Shown one piece after another: positions 51,344 through 63,400 of a stretch of DNA of 64,000 nucleotides. Both the position numbers and the translations under genes were made by a program. The DNA comes from an uncultured delta proteobacterium (GTDB taxonomy: Bacteria > Myxococcota_A > Polyangia > Polyangiales > Polyangiaceae), in assembly GCA_963782055.1 (NCBI GenBank), contig CAWAIF010000003.1, forward strand, positions 4,128,001 to 4,192,000. Direction: 5' to 3'. Below the pieces are notes generated by a model that saw only the letters and a program-made list of their open reading frames with translations, was not told the origin of the DNA and ran no database searches. The stretch's first letter is position 1; the number at the start of each line of letters is the position of its first letter.

Positions 51344-51389
51344 CGGGACCATCCTACACGAAGGAGGCTCGCCTCCTCGACCTGCTCAC

Positions 51390-53111
51390 TCACCGGGGGT
51401 GCGGATGACCATGGTCGTGCCCGTGGCCAGGACCGTGAGGGGGACCGTGATGCTGCGGCTTGGGCTTGCCCTTGTCGCCCGCCCCGGCGCCGCGAGCACT
51501 GCCGTGACACTCGTCGCACAGCGTCGTCCGGCGCAGCATGTGCTTGCACTCCTGTCCACGAACCTCGGCGAGATCCGCCGCGGCGCCGGTCGAGTCGAGC
51601 TTGCCGAGCGAGTCCTCCGCGCGCGCGATGGTCTCGCAGTCCTCGGCGTCGCGGAGCTCGACGCGCGACCGGCGCTCGGTGTCCAGCGCGTCGTGGCGAT
51701 CGCGCAGGAGGTGGAGCGCGGCGTCGCGCTGCGGGACCGGGCCCTGGATCGCCGCGTCGGCGAGGGCGCCGGTCAACGCGCTGGAGTGTCCGAGCGCGGT
51801 CTGGTCCATGAGCTGATCGACCTCCTTCTCCGCGGCCGGATCGTCGACCGACGCGGAGAGCGCGCTCGCCACGTCGGGGTCCTCCTGGAGGCCGGGGTCG
51901 GCGTCGAGCAAGGCGCGGAGCGCTGCCGCTCCCTCCGCGTAGTGGTGGTTGTTCCACAGGTCGAGCGCCGCGGTCACCTGGCTCGGGTCCGCGGCGGACG
52001 ACGCCGCCGTGCGCAGGTGCCGCGCCACCAGGACGACGCCGGCGACCACGACGACAGCCCCGAGCAGGAGGGCCAGCGCCACCCCGAGCGCCAGCCACCG
52101 GACGGGGAGGACGGTCGCCGGGCGGGAGGGGGGCCCCGCGAAGGCACCCGACGCGGCGGCCGCGGCCTGGGGCTGCGACGACGCGGGCGCGAGCTGCGAC
52201 GACGCGGGCGCGAGCTGCGACGACACGGGCGGCGCGTCCACGGCGGAGCCCAGCGCGGCGATGGCGTCGGCGACCGACGCGTACCGCTCGTCCGGCAGCT
52301 TCCCCATCATCCTCTCCACGACGTCGGCGACCGCGGCCGGGACGTCGGGCGCGGTCTCGGTGACGCGCGGGATGGGAGCGCCCACGTGCATGTAGAGGAG
52401 CGACGCGACGTTGTCCGACACGTACGGCGGCTTCCCGGTGAGGAGCTCGAAGGCCATCGCCCCGAGCGCGTACTGATCGGCGCGCGCGTCGACCTCCTGT
52501 CCCATGGCCTGCTCCGGCGCCATGTAGTCCGGCGTGCCGAACACCGTCCCCGCCTGCGTGAGCGCGGTCTTGCCCCCGCCGAACGAGCTCGACATCCGCG
52601 CGATCCCGAAGTCGATGACCTTGACGACGTCTCGCTCGTCCTCGCGATCGAACACGATCACGTTGTCGGGCTTGAGATCGCGGTGGACCACGCCGCGCCC
52701 GTGGGCGAAGGAGAGCGCCGCGCCGACCTGCTTCAGGATCGCAAAGGCGCGCGGGGGCGGCAGGCGCCCGTCCGACACCAGCGCGCGGAGGTCCTTCCCG
52801 TCAAGGTACTCCATGACGAGAAAGAGCGTTCCATCCGGGAGCCGGCCGTAGTCGGTCGACTCGGCGATGTTCGGGTGCTTGAGGTTCGCGGTGGCGATCG
52901 CCTCACGCTCGAAGCGGGTGACGGTCTCCTCGTCGGCACGGGCGGTCTCGCGGAGGAGCTTCACCGCGACCGGCTTGCGCAGCGCCTCGTGCACGCCGCG
53001 ATACACCGCGCCCATCCCGCCCTCGCCGAGCTTGGAGAGCAGGCGATACCGGCCGGCGACGACCGTACCGACGCGCGGGTCGGTGCTCTCGTCGGTTGCG
53101 GCGGGGTTCAC
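51390..53111 (-). CDS. Membrane Ser/Thr protein kinase with extracytoplasmic helical domain
   Basis: GEGGMG, HRDLKPDN, DFG, GTPDYMAPE; TM helix; His-rich tail. Confidence 0.92.
   Translation of the reverse strand: MNPAATDESTDPRVGTVVAGRYRLLSKLGEGGMGAVYRGVHEALRKPVAVKLLRETARADEETVTRFEREAIATANLKHPNIAESTDYGRLPDGTLFLVMEYLDGKDLRALVSDGRLPPPRAFAILKQVGAALSFAHGRGVVHRDLKPDNVIVFDREDERDVVKVIDFGIARMSSSFGGGKTALTQAGTVFGTPDYMAPEQAMGQEVDARADQYALGAMAFELLTGKPPYVSDNVASLLYMHVGAPIPRVTETAPDVPAAVADVVERMMGKLPDERYASVADAIAALGSAVDAPPVSSQLAPASSQLAPASSQPQAAAAASGAFAGPPSRPATVLPVRWLALGVALALLLGAVVVVAGVVLVARHLRTAASSAADPSQVTAALDLWNNHHYAEGAAALRALLDADPGLQEDPDVASALSASVDDPAAEKEVDQLMDQTALGHSSALTGALADAAIQGPVPQRDAALHLLRDRHDALDTERRSRVELRDAEDCETIARAEDSLGKLDSTGAAADLAEVRGQECKHMLRRTTLCDECHGSARGAGAGDKGKPKPQHHGPPHGPGHGHDHGHPHPR
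52172..52230. repeat. 21-nt tandem repeat (about 2.7 units) in the kinase linker
   Basis: gctgcgacgacgcgggcgcga repeated; encodes SSQLAPA. Confidence 0.8.
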
Positions 53112-53192
53112 GTCGACACCGCCCCGATCGTACCACGCCGGGTCGGTCTGCAGCCGGCGCAGGGAGGCCTCGGGGGCGAGGGTAAACGCGGC

Positions 53193-55433
53193 TCAGAAGC
53201 CGCCCTCCACCCCGAGGCTCGGGAGGGTGAGCGGGCTCATCGTGTCCATCGTGATCCCCGCGTCCGGTGAGTACGACGCGCCGGTCACCTCGCTCGACAG
53301 GGTCGCGTTGAACCACTCGATGCTGCCGCCGATCCACCACGTGGGGAACGTCCACCGCTTCTCCATGCGCACGTCCAGCCGGTAGAACCACGGCCCGCGC
53401 ACCTCCACGAGCGTGTGCGCCTGCGCGGGGTCCCCGCCCGGCGCGCACGCGGAGGTCGGGCAGGCGACCTGGTACGGGTAGCCGGTGCGCAGGAAGAAGC
53501 GCGCGCCCACGTGCCACGACCGGCCGAGGTCGTAAGTGAGCACCGCGGTGAGGACGTGCGTGCTGTCGAACGGCCCGAGGCTCCCGTCGCTCGGGTGCTC
53601 GGTGCGCGAGAGGGTGTAGGAGAGCATGCCGCCGAGCTTCCGCGTGAGCGCGCGACGCAGGAACACCTCGAGCCCGTAGCTCCGCTCGCTCGCCAGCGCC
53701 GCCGGCGTCGTGGCGACCGTGCTGGTGGCGACGCGGGTGGCGTAGAAGCCCGTCACCTTGGCGCTCAGCCCCGCGGGCAAGCCCGCCTGTACGGCGGTCG
53801 AGTACTGGTAGGCGACCTGCTCCGAGCCCTCGAGCACGTTCGTCGCACGCCCGGGCATGAGGACCGCGGCGGTGGCCGTCTGGTGCGCCGTACCCAGCGC
53901 GGTGATCCACGTGACGCGCGGCGCGATCCGCACGCGCAACGCGAGGCGTGGGCCGGGGAAGGCGGCGTTCGCCCCGCGCACGTGCTCGTAGTCGTACCGC
54001 ACCCCGGGCACGAGCTCCACGCGGCCTCGCCTCACGACGAGATCGACATACGCGCCGGCGTGGTAGTCATCGTGCGGGCCGAGCGCCACGCTCCCGCCGG
54101 GTACGGTCGCCTCGTCCTGGGAGTACGGCGCGTAGCTCGCGTCGGCGCCCGCTCGCAGGGTCAACCCGCGGCCCCGCGTGAGGCGCTCGGAGACGCGGGC
54201 GCGCAGGCGGCCGCTGAAGAAGCGGCGTCTCGCCGGCCGGGAGAGATCCTGCTTCGCCGAGAGGATATCGTCGTACCCGAAGGTCGCCGCCACGCGCGCC
54301 GCGCCCCGCTCCGTCCGGTGGTCGTAGCGCAGGTCGACCCGGTGGAACTCCGACCGGAAGAACGCGGTGTGCTCCGGGCCGGTGTCGACCTCGTCGCTGG
54401 CGCCGAGTGCGAAGAGGGTCAGCCGGCCGTGGTCGCCGACCACGTGGGACACGCGCGCCTGGTAATCCCAGTAGTCCAGGCCGTAGTTCGGCGCGACCAG
54501 CGACAGCAGCGCGCGCGTGTACGCATAGCGACCCGACACCGAGGCCGCGCCCCGGCCGTGATCGAACGGGGACTCCACGAACGCGCGCGCGTCGAAGACG
54601 CGGGCCTCTGCCTCGCCGTGCAGCTTCCTGGCCGGCGCGCGCGTCGTCCCGACGACGACCCCGCCCGCATGGCCGTCGTAGGCGGTGGGGTAGCCCCCGG
54701 CGAAGAGCTCGACGTCGTCGACGAGCGCCGGCGCGATGATGGACGGCCCGGCACCGACGTGGAACAGGAGGGGCACCTGGACCCCGTCGATGAAGTAGCC
54801 GACATCCCCTGACGCCGCCCCGCGGACGAGGTAGTACGGGAGCCCGCTCACCACCGGCGCGACGCCCGGGAGCACGTCGATGACGTGGAAGGGATCGCCG
54901 AAGGCGCCGGGGACGAAGCGCGCCTCCTCGCGAGGGATGTGGGTGGTGCCCAGCTCGACGCGCGTCGCGTGGACGCTCACGTCGGTGATCGGCTCCGCCG
55001 CCTGCCGTGGCGCGGCGGTGGAGCTCGGCGGCGGCCGGGGGGTCGATGCCGGCGGCGGCGCGTGCCGGGCTGGAGGCGGTGGCGGGGGCGCGACGGGGGC
55101 CGCCGCGGGGGGCGTGAAGACGATCTGGACACGGATCGCCGCGGCCATCGCGACACCGTCTCGTCGGGCGGGACGGAAGCGCCATCGCTTCACCGCCGCG
55201 ACCGCGGCGTCGATGAACGCCGGCGCGCCGGAGATGGGCGTCGCCCCCTCGACGCCTCCGTCCTTGCCGACGATGACCCGCAGCACCACGGTCGCGCCCC
55301 CCGTTTCCCCCGCCGGGTACATCGCGGGCGGGCGATCGAGGGGCGCCGGTGGGATCACGGTGGGCGCGCCGGCCGCGCTCCGCGCACACACCAGGACGAC
55401 GAGCGCAACGAGCACGGGTCGCAAGCGAGACAC
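53193..55433 (-). CDS. TonB-dependent receptor with N-terminal TonB C-terminal-like domain
   Basis: YP..G.TVVLRVIVGKDG..AAVAAVKRWRFRPA; plug PGAFGDP..LPGVA..IDGVQVPLLFH; C-terminal LGVEGGF. Confidence 0.85.
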   Translation of the reverse strand: MSRLRPVLVALVVLVCARSAAGAPTVIPPAPLDRPPAMYPAGETGGATVVLRVIVGKDGGVEGATPISGAPAFIDAAVAAVKRWRFRPARRDGVAMAAAIRVQIVFTPPAAAPVAPPPPPPARHAPPPASTPRPPPSSTAAPRQAAEPITDVSVHATRVELGTTHIPREEARFVPGAFGDPFHVIDVLPGVAPVVSGLPYYLVRGAASGDVGYFIDGVQVPLLFHVGAGPSIIAPALVDDVELFAGGYPTAYDGHAGGVVVGTTRAPARKLHGEAEARVFDARAFVESPFDHGRGAASVSGRYAYTRALLSLVAPNYGLDYWDYQARVSHVVGDHGRLTLFALGASDEVDTGPEHTAFFRSEFHRVDLRYDHRTERGAARVAATFGYDDILSAKQDLSRPARRRFFSGRLRARVSERLTRGRGLTLRAGADASYAPYSQDEATVPGGSVALGPHDDYHAGAYVDLVVRRGRVELVPGVRYDYEHVRGANAAFPGPRLALRVRIAPRVTWITALGTAHQTATAAVLMPGRATNVLEGSEQVAYQYSTAVQAGLPAGLSAKVTGFYATRVATSTVATTPAALASERSYGLEVFLRRALTRKLGGMLSYTLSRTEHPSDGSLGPFDSTHVLTAVLTYDLGRSWHVGARFFLRTGYPYQVACPTSACAPGGDPAQAHTLVEVRGPWFYRLDVRMEKRWTFPTWWIGGSIEWFNATLSSEVTGASYSPDAGITMDTMSPLTLPSLGVEGGF

Positions 55434-55572
55434 GCACGTGGTTCCCGCCCGCGCGCGCCGCGTTCACCCCGCATGGGACTCGCGTCCGGGAGGGGCGGCG
55501 CGGGCGAGGAAACGGTCGCTCCCTCCGCGGGCACCAACGGTCGAACACGGCGTGAGCCGGACGGAGGACGAC

Positions 55573-56319
55573 ATGAAGGGACTCAGATACGTGATCATGG
55601 CCGTCGCGCTGCTCGGCTGCAGCGCGGCCTTCGGCAACGGTCGGTCCGGGACCGAGACGCGTCCCACGCCCGCCTTCGATGCAATCTTGGCGAACACCGC
55701 CCTCCCCGTGACCATCGTCGCCGGCCCGACGACGTCGGTCGTCGTGACCACCGACGACAACCTCCTGCCCCTCGTCAGGACGACCGTCACGGGCTCGACC
55801 CTCGTCATCGATCAGGTGGCGAGCATCCAGCCCCGCACCGCCTCCTCCGTCACCGTCCGCGTCCCGACCCTCGCGTCGCTCGAGCACGACGGGTCGGGGT
55901 CGATGAGCGTCAGCGGCTTCTCCGTGCCGACGCTCCACGTCGTGGCCGGCGGCTCCGGCCGTCTCGACCTGGACGCGCGCGCCGACACCCTGAACGTGGG
56001 CGCCTTCGGGTCAGGCTCCGTGTCGCTCTCCGGCGACGCCGGCGCGCTGGCGCTCCTCGCTCGCGGGTCGGGGTCGGTCGACGCGTCGCGGCTCACCACA
56101 CACGGCGCCGACGCGTCCGTCCAGGGGAGCGGGAGCACCAGGCTCCTCGTCTCGGGGGACGCGACGCTCTCCGACTCGGGGTCGGGCTCGATCCATGCCG
56201 AGCTGGACGACGGGGACGCCTCGCTCTCGATCAGCGGCTCGGGATCCATCCGCTGGAAGGGAAACTCCCGCGTGATCGCCGAGAGCCGCACCGGGTCGGG
56301 TGACATCGTCCACGATTGA
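55573..56319 (+). CDS. DUF2807/GIN-domain adhesin-like lipoprotein
   Basis: LLGC lipobox; DDNLLPLV; repeated GSGS beta-helix units. Confidence 0.82.
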   Translation: MKGLRYVIMAVALLGCSAAFGNGRSGTETRPTPAFDAILANTALPVTIVAGPTTSVVVTTDDNLLPLVRTTVTGSTLVIDQVASIQPRTASSVTVRVPTLASLEHDGSGSMSVSGFSVPTLHVVAGGSGRLDLDARADTLNVGAFGSGSVSLSGDAGALALLARGSGSVDASRLTTHGADASVQGSGSTRLLVSGDATLSDSGSGSIHAELDDGDASLSISGSGSIRWKGNSRVIAESRTGSGDIVHD

Positions 56320-56377
56320 CGTCTTTTCAGCTTTTCCTTGAACGCCGGCCCCGCCTGCGGGAACCAGAAGATCGACG

Positions 56378-56959
56378 ATGACGACCTTCCTGGGGGCCAT
56401 GCCATTGCTAGGGAGAGCCGAGGGAGCCGACCTGCTGTCGCGGGTCGCCTCCGGCTCGCTCGGGGCCCTCGCGGAGGTGTACGATGCCCACTCCGAGCGG
56501 GTGTACGCCTTCGCGCGCCGGCTCGTCGGCGAGGACGCCGCCGCCGAGGACCTCGTCCAGGAGGTGTTCCTCGCGCTCCCGGCGGCCGCGCGCCGGTACC
56601 GCGGCGAGGCGACGGTGCGGACATTCCTCCTGTCCATCGCCCAGAACCACGCACGGCACCACGTCCGGGCCGCAGCGCGGCGGCGCGCAGCCATGACGCG
56701 CCTCGGGCGCGAGCCGGGCCCCGCGGCCGGGGCCCCCCCCGACCGCGCCCTCGAGCAGCGCGAGCTCGCGGCGCGGCTGCAGCGCTGCCTCGACGAGCTG
56801 CCACTCGAGCAGCGCGTCGCCTTCGTGCTGTGCGAGATCGAGGAGCTCACCTCCGCCGAGGCGAGCGCCATCGTCGGCGCGCCGGAGGGTACGGTGCGCA
56901 CGCGAGTGTTCCACGCCAGGAAGAAGCTGCGCGAGCGCTTCGAGGAGTCGCGATCGTGA
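56378..56959 (+). CDS. ECF sigma-70 factor
   Basis: AEDLVQEVFL, RVAFVLCEIEELT, GTVRTRVFHARKKL. Confidence 0.92.
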   Translation: MTTFLGAMPLLGRAEGADLLSRVASGSLGALAEVYDAHSERVYAFARRLVGEDAAAEDLVQEVFLALPAAARRYRGEATVRTFLLSIAQNHARHHVRAAARRRAAMTRLGREPGPAAGAPPDRALEQRELAARLQRCLDELPLEQRVAFVLCEIEELTSAEASAIVGAPEGTVRTRVFHARKKLRERFEESRS

Positions 56960-57678
56960 GCGCCCTGCTGGAAGAAGCGCTGGGCGCGCTGCGCGAGGAG
57001 GGCGCGCTCGACGAGGGGCGCAAGCGCGCGCTGCGCCTGCGCCTGCTGGCCACCGCCACGAGACGGTCGCGCGTGCAGGTCGCGCGCTGGTCGATCCCGG
57101 TCGCCGCGGTGCTGGTGGTGGCCTCGGCGTGGGCCGCCGTCGGGCGTCATCGCGCGCCGATCGAACCCCGCCCGCCGGCGCCGCGCGCGCCGGTCGCGCT
57201 GCTGACGGGCCCGGCGGCGTTGCCCTCGCCGGCGGTCTCGGCCACCGAGGTCGCCGCCGCTGCCGGGGCCCCGGCCGCCACGCCGGCCCCCGCCGCCTCG
57301 TCCCCTCCCCACTCGACGCGCGCGGCGAAGGTCGTGCAGTCCGCGGTGCACCCGCGACCCGCGCAGCGCGGCGCGGCGAGCGCTCCCCCGCCCGCCGGCG
57401 ACGACGCCGCGCTGCGCGCGCTGCGTGTCTTCCGCGAGGCGGATCACCTCCAGTTCGAGGACCACGACTACGCCGGCGCCCTCGACGCCTGGGATCGCTA
57501 CCTCGCGCAGGCGGGCACCAACCCTCTCACCGTCGACGCGCGCTACGAGCGCGCTCGCTGCCTGGTGCGCCTCGGTCGCGTCGAGGAGGCGCGCGCCGCG
57601 CTCTCGCCGTTCGCCGACGCGCCCGCCGGCGCCTACCGGCGCGAGGAGGCCCGCGCGCTGCTCGACAGGATCCGATGA
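56956..57678 (+). CDS. Putative anti-sigma factor (TM + Pro/Ala linker + TPR)
   Basis: GTGA overlap with the sigma gene; TM segment; ALDAWDRYL..ARYERARCLVRLGR. Confidence 0.72.
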   Translation: MSALLEEALGALREEGALDEGRKRALRLRLLATATRRSRVQVARWSIPVAAVLVVASAWAAVGRHRAPIEPRPPAPRAPVALLTGPAALPSPAVSATEVAAAAGAPAATPAPAASSPPHSTRAAKVVQSAVHPRPAQRGAASAPPPAGDDAALRALRVFREADHLQFEDHDYAGALDAWDRYLAQAGTNPLTVDARYERARCLVRLGRVEEARAALSPFADAPAGAYRREEARALLDRIR

Positions 57679-57709
57679 ACGGCGGGCGGCCCGCCGGGAA
57701 CCACGGCGC

Positions 57710-59098
57710 ATGAAGCGCAGAGTCCTTCTCGCGTTGTCGGCGGCGGCGCTCCTGGCGTCGAGCGCGCGCGCCTCCGACGACGACGTCGACCTCGACGTTC
57801 GCGCGCCCGGCTTCGACACCGCCGCCCTGCGCGCTCGCGTCGGCGCCGATCTCCACCGGAGCGTCCTCCCGCCTGGCGCCGGCGCGAGCGTCCACCTGTT
57901 CGTCAACGAGGTGGACGGGAGCACCATCGTGGGCGTGGCCGCGGGGGAGCGCCAGGTCACGCGGCGCGTCGTGCTCCCGCCCGACCGCGTCGCCGCCGAG
58001 GAGACGCTCGAGCTGATGCTCGTCGAGATGGCGCGCACCGAGGCCATCCCTCCTGCCGCCACCGCGCCCGCCCCCGCTTCGAAGGCGCCGCCGCCGCCGC
58101 CCGCGCGGGCGACGGTGCATCCGCGCCCCCCTCCCCCGCGCCCCGCGCCGGCGCCGCACACGCCCCCGGCCGGCGCGCCCGAGCAGGTCGTGCCCGTCGC
58201 GCTCGACTTCGCGCCCTTCGTCGGCTTCTCGTCGGCGACCCGCGCCCGCGACGTGCGCTTCTTCTCCCTCGGCGCCGCCGGCTCGGTCACTCGCGATCTC
58301 CACGGCCTCGGTCTGGACGGCACCGTCGGCGTCGCCACCCACGGCGTGCGCGGCGCGCAGATCGCCGGGGTGGTCGCGGTCGCCGGCGCGACCGAAGGCG
58401 CGCAGGTCTCCGGCGTGCTCGCCGTGACGGCACACGACGCCGCGGGGGCCCAGCTCGCCGGCATCGCCAACGTCGCGGGCGACGTCGCCGGGCTCCAGCT
58501 CTCCGGCGTCCTGAACGTCGCCGGAGGCGACGTCCACGGCGCGCAGATCGGCGGCGTCATGAACGTCGCGACCGGCCACGTCCACGGCGCACAGATCGGC
58601 CTGGTCAACGTCGCCGACGAGTCCGACGCGCCCATCGGCCTGTTCAACTTCATCAAGCACGGCCGCCATCACGTGGACGTCTGGGGCTCGGAGATGGGCC
58701 TCTTCATGGCCGGCGCCCAGCTCGGCGGCAAGTACACCCACGCGATCATCGGGATCGGCGTCCGCCCCGGGCCAGAGGGGCCCCGCTTCGTCTTCGGGGG
58801 TGGCGTGGGCGTCCACGTCGACCTGACCGACCGGCTCGCGCTCGACCTGGACTTGCTGCACCACGACCTGGCCGGCTTCGTCTGGACCAACGCCCAGCTC
58901 TCGCAGGCGCGGCTCGTCGTGGACCTGCCGATCGCGCGGGGGCTGCGCGTGTTCGGCGGACCGACGTTCAACGTCTTCGTCTCCGACGATCCGAAGGACA
59001 CCCAGCCCAGCCCGTTCGGATCCTGGGCGTTCGGCGCGGCGGACCGGACACACGTGGCGCTGTGGCCCGGTGTCACGCTCGGCGGGCGCCTGCTCTGA
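57710..59098 (+). CDS. Exported protein with GxQxxGxxNVA repeats and a probable C-terminal beta-barrel
   Basis: Signal peptide; about 6 GAQI/LxGxxNVA repeats; PIGLFN; terminal alternating beta strands. Confidence 0.75.
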   Translation: MKRRVLLALSAAALLASSARASDDDVDLDVRAPGFDTAALRARVGADLHRSVLPPGAGASVHLFVNEVDGSTIVGVAAGERQVTRRVVLPPDRVAAEETLELMLVEMARTEAIPPAATAPAPASKAPPPPPARATVHPRPPPPRPAPAPHTPPAGAPEQVVPVALDFAPFVGFSSATRARDVRFFSLGAAGSVTRDLHGLGLDGTVGVATHGVRGAQIAGVVAVAGATEGAQVSGVLAVTAHDAAGAQLAGIANVAGDVAGLQLSGVLNVAGGDVHGAQIGGVMNVATGHVHGAQIGLVNVADESDAPIGLFNFIKHGRHHVDVWGSEMGLFMAGAQLGGKYTHAIIGIGVRPGPEGPRFVFGGGVGVHVDLTDRLALDLDLLHHDLAGFVWTNAQLSQARLVVDLPIARGLRVFGGPTFNVFVSDDPKDTQPSPFGSWAFGAADRTHVALWPGVTLGGRLL

Positions 59099-59100
59099 AC

Positions 59101-59118
59101 GGCGGCCTCACGGCCGCC
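59101..59118. terminator. Hairpin between convergent genes
   Basis: GGCGGCC-TCAC-GGCCGCC; no U tract. Confidence 0.4.
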
Positions 59119-59146
59119 TGATCCCCGCGTGGATCGTCGGGTCGCC

Positions 59147-59599
59147 TTACTGCGCCCGCACCCAGGGGAAGCGCCAGGCGCGAAACGCTCGGGAGGTGGC
59201 CTTGCGCTCGAAGTCCTCGCGCACGGAAGAGGGCACGTCGGCGTAGGCCATCCGCGTACGCACCGTCTCTTCCCCGCCGTCCTCGAAGCGGACCCTCGCG
59301 CACACGTCCACCCTGTCGCGCACGTGCGGATCGCGCTGGTACTCCAGGTCCACCCCGCGCACGTGCTGCTCGAGCGTGGAGACGACGCCCGGGTCCGGAT
59401 CGCCGCCGAGCGCGCGCGCGACGGGATCGCGATCCACTCCCTGCCCCGCCAGGTGCCTGGCGATCGCCGCCGGGAGCGCCGCCTGGATCCAGCGGTCGAC
59501 CGCGCCGGACGACTCGCCGAGGGGCACGGAGCCACCCCGCTTGCGGCGAAGGACCAGGAAGACGACGAGCGCCACGACGAGGACGAGCAGGATGCGCAT
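59147..59599 (-). CDS. Hypothetical membrane-anchored protein
   Basis: N-terminal TM followed by RRKR; GC3 bias. Confidence 0.7.
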   Translation of the reverse strand: MRILLVLVVALVVFLVLRRKRGGSVPLGESSGAVDRWIQAALPAAIARHLAGQGVDRDPVARALGGDPDPGVVSTLEQHVRGVDLEYQRDPHVRDRVDVCARVRFEDGGEETVRTRMAYADVPSSVREDFERKATSRAFRAWRFPWVRAQ

Positions 59600-59668
59600 G
59601 GGGGAAGCCTAGCTCACCTGTCCGGCCGAGCCAGCACGCCGTCGTGGACGGTCCGGCGGATCGCGCGG

Positions 59669-60541
59669 TCACCCTCGAAGGAACTCCTCCACCGCCGGCG
59701 CCACGCTCCGCACGACCGCCCCCGGGTCACGTGGATTGAACCACCGGAATGGCGACACCCACGTCCGCGGGTCCTTCCACGACAGCCCCCCGCGCGAGCA
59801 CTCCACGAGCAGGCTCCGCGCCCCGTAGGCCTCGTACAGGTGGTCGATCTCCATCCCCGGCGCGAGGAAGCCGGGCACCCACCGCGCCGACTGCCGCGCG
59901 TGATAGCCGCCGATGCGCTCCGCCAGCCGCGCCGCCGCGCGCGAGAGCTCGGCGTGCTCGGGCGCGCGTCGCCAGATGCCGCCGTACGGGAAGAGCACCT
60001 TCGCTCCGAAGCTGTGGAGCGAGACTGCGCGCAGGTCGTGACCGCCGACGGCCATCGCCTCGTCCAGCACCGAGGTGACCGCGCGCGTCTCCGGCTCGGA
60101 GAGCGGAGCACCGGAGCGAAAGACGCGGGGCACCAGCCCCGAGAGGGTCGGCGCGCCGTGGAAGGTGGGGAAGTTGCGGTTGAGGTCGACGCCGTGCGCG
60201 TTGCCCCTGCGGAACCGCCGCGCCCCCCGGGCGAGGTCCGCCTCGACGCGCGCGTAGCCGTCCACGTTGACCACCGGGAACACCAGCACGCGGCGATCCT
60301 CCGGCGGACGCGCGGCGAGCGAGCGCGCCACCTCCAGCGCGCAGAGCACGCCGATCCACTCCAGCGCATGCAGCCCCGCCATCACCACCGAGAGGGAGGT
60401 CGCGCGCGGCGGTCCCGCCTCGACGGCGAGCACGGTGCGGCCTCGCACCGACGTGCCGCACACGCGCACGCGAGCGCCGGCGCCGGCGAGAGCGTGCACG
60501 GCCGAGCTGACCTCGGCCAGGCGCAGGTAGGGTGACGTCAT
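59669..60541 (-). CDS. M14-family zinc carboxypeptidase
   Basis: GLHALE (HxxE), NVDG, NAHGVDLNRNF, SEPET, SLHS. Confidence 0.88.
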   Translation of the reverse strand: MTSPYLRLAEVSSAVHALAGAGARVRVCGTSVRGRTVLAVEAGPPRATSLSVVMAGLHALEWIGVLCALEVARSLAARPPEDRRVLVFPVVNVDGYARVEADLARGARRFRRGNAHGVDLNRNFPTFHGAPTLSGLVPRVFRSGAPLSEPETRAVTSVLDEAMAVGGHDLRAVSLHSFGAKVLFPYGGIWRRAPEHAELSRAAARLAERIGGYHARQSARWVPGFLAPGMEIDHLYEAYGARSLLVECSRGGLSWKDPRTWVSPFRWFNPRDPGAVVRSVAPAVEEFLRG

Positions 60542-60602
60542 CGTCAGGGCGGCGAAGCATACCGGACTTGCGCGCCCGCCCGCAGACCTCTACACGAGGC
60601 CC

Positions 60603-61349
60603 GTGACCGCACGACCCACGCTTGGTGAATGGCTCCGCGAAGGTCCCTTTCAGCTCGCCCTCTCCGCGGGCTTCTTCGGCTTCTTCGCGCACGCGGGGTT
60701 CGTCGCGGCGCTCGAGGAGATCGACGTCACGCCGGCCCGCGTGACGGGCGCGAGCGCCGGCGCCCTCGTCGGCGGCCTCTGGGCGAGCGGCACGCGCGCC
60801 GCGCGCATCGAGGCCGAGCTGCGCGGGCTGCGCCGCGAGCACTTCTGGGACCCCGCGCCGGGCTTCGGCCTGCTGCGCGGCGAGCTCTTCTGCGCGCGCG
60901 TCCGCGCGCTGCTGGACGCTACGGCCTTCGAGGGCGCCCCGGTTCGGCTTGCGCTCTCGGCCTTCGACGTGCGCGCGGGCCGAACCGTCGTGCTCGACCG
61001 CGGCGATCTCGCCTCCGCCATCTGCGCCTCGTGCGCCTTCCCTGGCCTGCTCCAGCCCGTGCGCGTGGGTGGTCGGCCCATGCTCGACGGCGGCATCGCC
61101 GACAGGCCCGGCCACGCCGGGCTGGACGCGTCCTCGCGCGTCCTCTTCCACCACCTCGCCTCGCGGTCGCCGTGGCGCGCGCGGCCGCCGCGCGCCCCCG
61201 CGCGAGCAGGCATGATCACCGTGACCGCCTCCGGACTTCCCCGCCTCGGCCCCTTCCGCCTCGGCCGCGGGGCGGAGGCCTTCGAGAGGGCGCGCGCCGC
61301 GGCCCGCACGGCGCTCGGCCGCTCGGTCGAGCCGGTGCTCGCGGTGTGA
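60603..61349 (+). CDS. Patatin-like phospholipase
   Basis: ALSAGFFGFFAHAG, GASAG, ASCAFP, LDGG. Confidence 0.88.
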   Translation: MTARPTLGEWLREGPFQLALSAGFFGFFAHAGFVAALEEIDVTPARVTGASAGALVGGLWASGTRAARIEAELRGLRREHFWDPAPGFGLLRGELFCARVRALLDATAFEGAPVRLALSAFDVRAGRTVVLDRGDLASAICASCAFPGLLQPVRVGGRPMLDGGIADRPGHAGLDASSRVLFHHLASRSPWRARPPRAPARAGMITVTASGLPRLGPFRLGRGAEAFERARAAARTALGRSVEPVLAV

Positions 61350-61381
61350 CCCAGCGTTTAACGCGCTATCTTGATGGTTGC

Positions 61382-63396
<2,015 letters not shown>

Positions 63397-63400
<4 letters not shown>

